Positions 57,793-64,000 of a stretch of DNA of 64,000 nt are shown here, piece after piece (the first letter of the stretch is position 1; each line of letters starts with the position of its first letter). The position numbers were made by a program, and so were the translations under genes. The stretch is from Deltaproteobacteria bacterium (lineage in GTDB: Bacteria > Desulfobacterota > Binatia > UBA1149 > JAJCZL01): assembly GCA_029262415.1 (NCBI GenBank), contig JAJCZL010000037.1:14504-78503 (forward strand). Reading direction: 5' to 3'. Under the pieces are notes generated by a model, which was not told where the DNA came from, made no database searches, and saw only the letters and a program-made list of their open reading frames with translations.

Positions 57793-59178
57793 TCACTTCG
57801 CATCTCCTATCACCGTACCGGGCCCGGTCGCGGCCTCGGGGTCGGGGTCGGGCGTAACGGCGACCTCGAAACCTTCGTCACGATACGCACGCGCAAGTAT
57901 CTGTATGGGGTGCAAAGGCTTGGTGCCGGTAGCCTGTTCGATTTGGATCGCAGCGAGCGGACAATCGGTCGCGGTTAGACAGCCCTCCCCCTGCATCTCA
58001 TTGAACACCCGTTTACCGATCTCCATCGAGGTTGCAAAGTTCTCCTTTTTCATCGCCCAAGTCCCGTCGTGGCCGCAGCAGCCCTCGACCAAACGAATCT
58101 CGGCACCCGGAATGGTCTTCATCATGTCGCGCGAACGGAATCCGATGTTCTGCGCGCGCAGGTGACACGGAACGTGGTAAGCGACGTGCTCGGGTGTCGA
58201 CTTGAAACCACAATCGAAGGTTCCCGCTTTCTTCAGCGTGAACAGATACTCGTTGGTATCCATCGTCGCTGCAGCCAGTTTGCGCGCGTCTTCTTGTAGA
58301 TCGCGGTCAACCAGATTGGCGTACTCCTTCTTGAGCATGTACGAGCAGGTCGGGTTGATCGCGAGCACCGTGTGCCCCGCCTCAACGTGTACGCGCAGCG
58401 ACTCCACGTTAGCGCGTGCCTGTTTACGCGCGAATTCGACGTCGCCACCGTCAAGCGCGGGCATGCCGCAACAGGTCTGTTTTGGGCTGTGCACGCGCAC
58501 GCCGTTTCGCTCGAGAACTTCGACCGTATCACGGCCTATCTCTGGGTTGTTGAAGTTCACGAAGCAGGTATGGAACAGCACCACCTCACGGCCGCCATCG
58601 GTGACGGTGTTGGTCCGCGGACGCTTCGACAGCCACTGCTCGAAGGTTTCTTCGGCGAATTCCGGAAGCGCCTTGTCGCGGTGAATGCCGAGCATGGTTT
58701 CCATCATCACACGGTGGAACTTTGCCTTGTTAGCCGTGTTTGCCAGCTGCGCAACCTTAGTGGCGATCTTGCCGAGCGCTACCGGGTTGCCGAGGATCTT
58801 CTCGCGCATACCGACACCTTGGCGCTTAGCACGCTGGGCGGTGTAACGTTGCAGCAGACGCGGGAAGTCGAGATCGAATTCGTGCGCGTCATCGGCCGTG
58901 TACGGACACTTTACGTAGCAGAGCTTGCACTGGTAACAGTCATCAACGACCTTCTCGACTTCACGTGCACTCAACTTGCGCACGTCGCCGTCGTTGCGGT
59001 CTACGGCGTCAAACAGCGACGGAAAACTCGGACACAGGTTAAAGCACAGACGGCAGCCGTGGCAGACGTCGAAGACCCGTTCGATCTCACCGTCGAGCGC
59101 CGCGCCATCCCAGTACTTGCGATCCCCCGGGTCATAGCTCAAACCGCTGGTCGGACTCGCCCGGATGTTGCTCATCAA
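57793..59178 (-). CDS. Rubrerythrin-associated Fe-S oxidoreductase (4Fe-4S dicluster + CCG domains)
   Basis: CHGCRLCFNLCPSF, CYQCKLCYVKCPY, CCGMP, YHVPCHLRAQ, CCGHDGTW, TDCPLA. Confidence 0.92.
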   Translation of the reverse strand: MMSNIRASPTSGLSYDPGDRKYWDGAALDGEIERVFDVCHGCRLCFNLCPSFPSLFDAVDRNDGDVRKLSAREVEKVVDDCYQCKLCYVKCPYTADDAHEFDLDFPRLLQRYTAQRAKRQGVGMREKILGNPVALGKIATKVAQLANTANKAKFHRVMMETMLGIHRDKALPEFAEETFEQWLSKRPRTNTVTDGGREVVLFHTCFVNFNNPEIGRDTVEVLERNGVRVHSPKQTCCGMPALDGGDVEFARKQARANVESLRVHVEAGHTVLAINPTCSYMLKKEYANLVDRDLQEDARKLAAATMDTNEYLFTLKKAGTFDCGFKSTPEHVAYHVPCHLRAQNIGFRSRDMMKTIPGAEIRLVEGCCGHDGTWAMKKENFATSMEIGKRVFNEMQGEGCLTATDCPLAAIQIEQATGTKPLHPIQILARAYRDEGFEVAVTPDPDPEAATGPGTVIGDAK

Positions 59179-59202
59179 AACCCCGCTATCGAAGAGCTGA
59201 GC

Positions 59203-59619
59203 TTAGATCTCGCTGAGCCCTTGGGTGAATCGGCCGGCATGCGACTTCTCGGCCTTCGCAAGGGTCTCGAACCAGTCGGCGATCTCATCGAAGCCTTCTT
59301 CACGCGCGGTCTTGGCCATGCCGGGGTACATGTCGGTGTACTCGTGGGTCTCACCCGCAATCGCAGCCTTCAGGTTGGCTTCGGTATCACCGATCGGGAG
59401 ATCGGTGGCAGGATCGCCGACCTTCTTAAGATAGTCGAGGTGGCCGTGGGCATGACCGGTCTCGCCCTCCGCGGTGTCGCGGAACAAACCGGCAACATCG
59501 GGGAAGCCCTCAACGTCAGCCTGCTTCGCAAAGTAAAGGTAACGGCGGTTGGCTTGCGATTCGCCGGCGAAAGCAGCTTTCAAATTATTGTGGGTCTCGC
59601 TTCCTTTTAGTTCAGGCAT
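59203..59619 (-). CDS. rbr: Short rubrerythrin (no rubredoxin domain)
   Basis: [42 protein letters not shown]. Confidence 0.95.
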   Translation of the reverse strand: MPELKGSETHNNLKAAFAGESQANRRYLYFAKQADVEGFPDVAGLFRDTAEGETGHAHGHLDYLKKVGDPATDLPIGDTEANLKAAIAGETHEYTDMYPGMAKTAREEGFDEIADWFETLAKAEKSHAGRFTQGLSEI

Positions 59620-60091
59620 CGTTTGTCTCCTTGGTTTTGCAGCGCGGGCAGAGCCCGTAGCCGGTAACTTTGATTTCTTGTACTTCGAACCCGCCCGACT
59701 CTAAACGATCGACACCGAGAGCGTCGTAGGCCGCGCTATAAACGTCGGTCACACTTGCGCATGACTTGCAGATCAGGTGGTGGTGCTTGTGTGGGTTGGC
59801 ATCGAAACGAGCGTGGCTGGATGCAGTCGCGACGCCGTCGACAAGGCCTTTTTCCACAAACAGACTGAGATTACGGTAGACGGTCGCAAGCGATATTCGC
59901 GGAAGACGCTCTTTGACGCGTCCGTGCAGCACTTCGGCTGAGGGATGGTCTTTGCTGGATGTAAGCGCCGCGAATATGACGCGCCTCTGCGGGGTGTCGG
60001 CGAGCCCTACATCCCTGCAGCGCCGTGCGAATTCTGCAGCCGCGGGTACGGATGCTTGGTCGCCTAATATGGAGTCTACGTTCTCACTCAT
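59612..60091 (-). CDS. perR: Fur-family regulator, PerR-like
   Basis: TPQRRVI, DHPSAE, ISLATVYRNL, RFDAN..KHHHLICKSC..VTD, GLCPRC; heads a rubrerythrin operon. Confidence 0.85.
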   Translation of the reverse strand: MSENVDSILGDQASVPAAAEFARRCRDVGLADTPQRRVIFAALTSSKDHPSAEVLHGRVKERLPRISLATVYRNLSLFVEKGLVDGVATASSHARFDANPHKHHHLICKSCASVTDVYSAAYDALGVDRLESGGFEVQEIKVTGYGLCPRCKTKETNDA

Positions 60092-60125
60092 GGCTGGGAC
60101 TCCCGGCCCTGCGGCCACGGTTACG

Positions 60126-60144
60126 AATGATAATCTTTCCTAAT
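60126..60144. promoter_or_regulatory. Fur/PerR-box-like operator
   Basis: AATGATAATCTTTCCTAAT, AT-rich 7-1-7-like site about 35-50 bp upstream of perR. Confidence 0.6.
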
Positions 60145-60158
60145 CCGGTGTCAACAGC

Positions 60159-60755
60159 TTACAATTCGCGTCTTCCCTCAATCGCGCGCCCGAGTGTAAC
60201 CTGGTCGGCGTATTCCAGGTTGCCGCCTACGGGGATGCCGTGCGCAATTCGGCTTACGCGTACTGCGAGCGGCTTGATCAGGCGGGCAAGATAGACCGCG
60301 GTCGCCTCCCCCTCGACTGACGGGTTGGTCGCAACGATGACTTCTTTGACCTGATCGGACTGCAAGCGCCCAAGCAGTTCTTTGACGCGTAACTGTTCGG
60401 GGCCGCGTCCATCAAGCGGCGAGATCGAACCCTCGAGCACGTGATACAGGCCACGGAAGCCGTGACTGCGCTCGACCGCAAGCAGATCGGAGGCCTCCTC
60501 GACGACACAAATAATCGAGCGGTCGCGGCGCGGGTCTTCGCAGATCTTACACGGATCGGTTTCAGTAAGCGCGAAACACACACTGCAGTGCTTGGTCTCA
60601 CTCTTCAGACGGGCGAGCGCCTCTGAGAGGTGGATCGGATAACCGTCTTCACTGCGAAGGATGAAGAACGCCAAGCGTGCGGCGGTCTTCTCACCGATAC
60701 CCGGAAGCTTGCTAAGTAACTCGACGACGCGGGCCAATGCAGGAGGATATGCCAA
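60159..60755 (-). CDS. recR: Recombination mediator RecR
   Basis: LPGIGEKTAARLA, CSVC..DPCKIC, ICVVEE, YHVLEG.ISPLDG, ATNPSVEGEATA, GGNLEYAD. Confidence 0.98.
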   Translation of the reverse strand: MAYPPALARVVELLSKLPGIGEKTAARLAFFILRSEDGYPIHLSEALARLKSETKHCSVCFALTETDPCKICEDPRRDRSIICVVEEASDLLAVERSHGFRGLYHVLEGSISPLDGRGPEQLRVKELLGRLQSDQVKEVIVATNPSVEGEATAVYLARLIKPLAVRVSRIAHGIPVGGNLEYADQVTLGRAIEGRREL

Positions 60756-60768
60756 CGCGGTGGGTCCG

Positions 60769-61086
60769 CTACCCGAGACCCGGGATGTTCATCCCGCCGG
60801 CAACGTCTTTCATCTCTTCATTCATGAGTTCCTGCGCTTTGACAATCGCGCTGTTCACCGCCGTGCGCACGAGTTCCTGAAGGAGTCGCTTGTCGTTGCG
60901 GTCGAGCAGTGACTGCTCAATCTCGATCTTGCTGACAACCAGCTTGCCGCTGATCTCGACGCTGACCATACCGCCGCCGACGTCAACTTGAACCTTCTTC
61001 TTGGCGACTTTCTTCTGGATCTTGCTCATCTGCTTCTGCAGACTGCGCGCCTGCTTGATCATCTCGAACATCGATGGTTCCGACAT
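60769..61086 (-). CDS. ybaB: YbaB/EbfC nucleoid-associated protein
   Basis: MIKQA..LQKQM, GGGMVSV, LQELVRTAVNSA; located between dnaX and recR. Confidence 0.93.
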   Translation of the reverse strand: MSEPSMFEMIKQARSLQKQMSKIQKKVAKKKVQVDVGGGMVSVEISGKLVVSKIEIEQSLLDRNDKRLLQELVRTAVNSAIVKAQELMNEEMKDVAGGMNIPGLG

Positions 61087-61109
61087 CGTAGCGACTCCTT
61101 CGGGACTTC

Positions 61110-62921
61110 TCAGTCTTCCAGTCTAGTGATTTTCTCAATGCGGCCGCCCAACCGGTCGATCGCCTCGCGGACGAGCGGATCGTTGGCGGCATCTTCTCTT
61201 ATCTTCGCGTCGCGTTCGGCGTCGATGGCAGACAGCGTCATGCCGGGGCCTTCCTCGAGCGGCTTGTCGTGCAACACTTCGAGCTTGGCATCCGCACCGA
61301 AGAACTCGGTAACCGCAGCTTGCAGGCGTGCCGCCGTCTCCGGTTGCGCGATCTTGTCGCGAAACGTCGACAGCGTCGGGTGGATTCGAAGACCGTGGTC
61401 GCCGATGCTCAACACCTCGCAGTTACTCAGCGCGACATACAGCTCGATACCTGCGCTGCGCTGCGCCGCAGTAAGAAACGCCTCCCAGCGATCGGCGTCG
61501 GAGCCGGCCAAACGATCGTTCGCACTGGGCACATCGGTTGAGCTCTCCCCGCCTCCTGAGCGTAGGGGACCACTACCCCCACTGCTTGCACCGACGCGTG
61601 CGTCTTCGTCACCCGGCATCGGCGCCTCTTCTACACCCGACGTTGCGGCCTCCCGGCTGCGCCCCGCGGCGCCGGCATGGCTCTGCGAGCCTCGCCCAGA
61701 AGAGGGCGCCGCCACGCGCGGCCCTGCATTGCCGCGATCGACTCCGCCGGCGGAGCCGCCGCCACCGCCGGACCCAGCTGTGGCGGCGGCCTGTTCGAGC
61801 CGCGCGAGCACCTCGCCCACCGATGCAACCGAGTCGAGACACGCGGCCTTAAGCAGACCCATCTCGAGTACAAGCTCGGGTTGTCCACCGCGGCGCAGGT
61901 CCGAAAGTGTTGCAAGCAGCGAGTTAAAGATGCGATGCAAATCCAGCGCAGAGCGAGACTTTCCGAGCTTGACAGCAGTTTCGCGGAAAACCCCGCCGAC
62001 AGTCTCCGACAGCCGCTTCTCGCCCGCAGCACCGACCACGGAAGTGTGACGCAACAACTCGAGGACTTCGCCGAGGAAGCGCTCCGAATCGAACGCAAAC
62101 CCACGTAGCGCTGCTACTGTCTCGACTACGCGGTCGGGCCGCGACTCAAGGATCGCTGTAACCATTTGCGCGACCAAGGCGTGATCGGGCATGCCAAGGA
62201 GTTCGGCAACCTCGGCAGCTTTCACCGATTTGCCGCCAACCGCGGCGACTTGCTCGAGCAATGACTGGGCGTCGCGCATGCTGCCGTCCGCCTCACGCGC
62301 AATGAAGGCCAGTGCCTCCTTGGGCATTATAATGTCGTCGCTCTTACAGATGTGGTCGAGGTGTTCGGCGATAGTATCCGTCGCGATGCGACGGAAATCG
62401 TAACGCTGGCAGCGCGAAAGGATCGTGGCCGGAACTTTCTGCCATTCGGTCGTCGCCATCACGAACTTCACGTGCGCAGGCGGTTCCTCGAGTATCTTCA
62501 ACAAGGCGTTAAATGCCGGACCCGTAAGTTGGTGAACCTCATCGATAATGTAGATCTTGTAATCAGAGGCAGCCGGGCGGTAGGCGGCGGAATCGATGAT
62601 GTCACGTACTTCGTCGATACCGCGGTTGGACGCGCCGTCGATTTCGATGACATCGACCGAGGCCCCCGAGAGGATCTGCTCGCAAGTCGCGCAGCTGTTG
62701 CAGGGCTCCGCGCCCTTTTTTCGATTTCTACAGTTCAGCGCCCGTGCTAGAACCCGCGCCGCCGTGGTTTTGCCAACCCCGCGGATGCCGGTAAAGAGGA
62801 ACGCATGTGCCACGCGATCGGAATCGATCGCCGTAGCCAACAGCTTGGTAACGTGGGGTTGTCCGACAATGCTCGCCCAGGTATCCGGGCGCCAACGTCG
62901 GGCTAAAACTTCATAGGACAT
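61110..62921 (-). CDS. dnaX: DNA polymerase III subunit gamma/tau
   Basis: YEVLARRWRP, GIRGVGKTT, zinc module, EIDGASN, IIDEVH, TILSRCQ, GSMRDA; Gly/Ala-rich linker then a C-terminal domain. Confidence 0.98.
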   Translation of the reverse strand: MSYEVLARRWRPDTWASIVGQPHVTKLLATAIDSDRVAHAFLFTGIRGVGKTTAARVLARALNCRNRKKGAEPCNSCATCEQILSGASVDVIEIDGASNRGIDEVRDIIDSAAYRPAASDYKIYIIDEVHQLTGPAFNALLKILEEPPAHVKFVMATTEWQKVPATILSRCQRYDFRRIATDTIAEHLDHICKSDDIIMPKEALAFIAREADGSMRDAQSLLEQVAAVGGKSVKAAEVAELLGMPDHALVAQMVTAILESRPDRVVETVAALRGFAFDSERFLGEVLELLRHTSVVGAAGEKRLSETVGGVFRETAVKLGKSRSALDLHRIFNSLLATLSDLRRGGQPELVLEMGLLKAACLDSVASVGEVLARLEQAAATAGSGGGGGSAGGVDRGNAGPRVAAPSSGRGSQSHAGAAGRSREAATSGVEEAPMPGDEDARVGASSGGSGPLRSGGGESSTDVPSANDRLAGSDADRWEAFLTAAQRSAGIELYVALSNCEVLSIGDHGLRIHPTLSTFRDKIAQPETAARLQAAVTEFFGADAKLEVLHDKPLEEGPGMTLSAIDAERDAKIREDAANDPLVREAIDRLGGRIEKITRLED

Positions 62922-63042
62922 TATCGGCGGCGCCTGCGAACTCCCGGAGTTATCACCGGAGTCGAAAACCCGCAAGGAGGTGGGCCTAAGACCGCAGTCA
63001 GCCTAGCTTTTCAGGTATCGGCGTGCGGCGCTCAAGGGTGAC

Positions 63043-63876
63043 TCATTGGCGCACACCGCTCCAGATATCGGTGCCGTCACACGAACAGCCCGCGGCGTCA
63101 CAGAACTCCCAAGAAACGTCACCGCCAAAACTGTCGCCGTCGGTGCCAATCGTGATGATGCCGGCATTAAAGGTCAGCCCGCCGTCTTCGCTGATCTCAT
63201 AGGAAACCTTGGCGGTACAGGCATCGAGTCTCCGGAAACGCTCGTTCATCACCGGAAGGCTCGGTCGCACAATGATGATCTCGTCATCGATCGTCTGCTC
63301 CAGTGTGACGATAGCGTTGATCGGATTGTCGAGACCGTGACCGCAATTCTCTTGCGTAGGTGTCAACGAGAATAACCAATCCCCGCTCAGGCTCTTGGCC
63401 ACGCACGGCAGAGTGGTGGTGGTTGGTGGCGCACACGACGCACAAGAGAGCGAAACGTCTTGCCCTACCCCGGCCTGCAGGATCAACAGACCGTCGGTCG
63501 CATTGGTGTTTCCCGAAAAGTTCACGTCGCAAGCACAGGCTTCGCAGTCGGCCGAGCCTACGGCGGTACGCAGCGCGATATTCGCATCGGTCGCGCTTAC
63601 CAAACCGTCGGAATTCGCATCACCGCAGACATCGATGCGAGCGCCACCGGCATGCGCGAGGTTAGGCAGCGCCGCCGTTGGGACGCCGAGGAGCATCATC
63701 GCTAGCAGCAACAACCCAAGGATGATCGCCGCGAGCGCGCAGTTGCGCCGGAAAGTCGAGCTGTACCCTAAACGTGCCACCGATACCCGTATTGCCACGC
63801 CCGGCGCCGACAGTCGAGCGAGTATCGGCGTGCTGTGCGGCCCCCCGACGCGGTTCAGCATCCCCCGGCCGCGCAA
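63043..63876 (-). CDS. Secreted protein with N-terminal dockerin-like domain (true start probably downstream of the ORF-track start)
   Basis: Hydrophobic leader; CGDANSDGLVSATDANIALRTAVG..CDVNFSGNTNATDGLLILQAGVGQ; PTTTT linker; C-terminal beta-rich Cys domain. Confidence 0.78.
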   Translation of the reverse strand: MRGRGMLNRVGGPHSTPILARLSAPGVAIRVSVARLGYSSTFRRNCALAAIILGLLLLAMMLLGVPTAALPNLAHAGGARIDVCGDANSDGLVSATDANIALRTAVGSADCEACACDVNFSGNTNATDGLLILQAGVGQDVSLSCASCAPPTTTTLPCVAKSLSGDWLFSLTPTQENCGHGLDNPINAIVTLEQTIDDEIIIVRPSLPVMNERFRRLDACTAKVSYEISEDGGLTFNAGIITIGTDGDSFGGDVSWEFCDAAGCSCDGTDIWSGVRQ

Positions 63877-63967
63877 CCGCGCCCGGCGCCGGACGCTCGA
63901 CCCGGCATCACGCGTTGAAAGCGGCCGCGACTACGGTTAGCTTCAGCCCCTGACAAGGCTTCGTTGT

Positions 63968-64000
63968 GGAGAGGTGTCCGAGTCCGGTTTAAGGAGCACG
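63968..64000 (+). tRNA. tRNA-Ser, 5' portion (cut by the window edge before the anticodon)
   Basis: GGAGAGGTGTCCGAGTCCGGTTTAAGGAGCACG matches the acceptor stem and D-arm of bacterial tRNA-Ser. Confidence 0.85.

Noticed and set aside
58372-59610. 412-aa plus-strand ORF
   Set aside because: Antisense shadow of the rubrerythrin and FeS oxidoreductase genes; no motifs; typical of high-GC codon bias.
60988-62049. 353-aa plus-strand ORF opposite dnaX
   Set aside because: Antisense shadow, Ser/Arg/Pro-rich non-coding composition.
62715-62721. A AAA AAG slippery heptamer in dnaX, the same as the E. coli tau/gamma frameshift site
   Set aside because: It lies near codon 67 inside the zinc module rather than at the domain III/IV boundary. 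A shift would give a useless short peptide, so it is probably incidental Arg-Lys-Lys coding.

Overview
High-GC bacterial chromosomal window with about 58 protein genes and the 5' end of a tRNA-Ser at the right edge. No rRNA, CRISPR array or prophage was seen. The gene style (several secreted proteins with a Cys-bracketed dockerin-like tag, PPOX/F420-type proteins, a DUF1302/LolA-like/MMPL cassette) suggests a Binatia/deltaproteobacterial-type genome; this is inference. Housekeeping blocks are an osmoprotectant ABC transporter, aguBA, ampG, a large MscS/MscK channel, gltBD, perR-rubrerythrin-FeS oxidoreductase-DUF3501 and dnaX-ybaB-recR. The most unusual items are: (1) a tightly coupled six-gene operon at 33248-40047, in which a DUF318/SO_0444-type metal permease is fused to an HflK-like SPFH domain and followed by HflC, a second HflK and a ZnuABC-type transporter, with no ftsH (candidate SPFH-scaffolded metal-transport complex); (2) a frameshifted DUF222-like HNH gene bracketed by copies of the palindrome CATTCCGCGCGGAATG, which recurs alone at 18674; (3) an IS1182 transposase collapsed into three spliced fragments at 4445-4780 that truncates an FAD oxidoreductase; (4) a tandemly duplicated small secreted protein + HExxH metallopeptidase-dockerin cassette; (5) tandem Mrp/ApbC ATPases that split the HCF101 domain set between them. 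All family assignments come from motif recognition by eye; no database searches were run.
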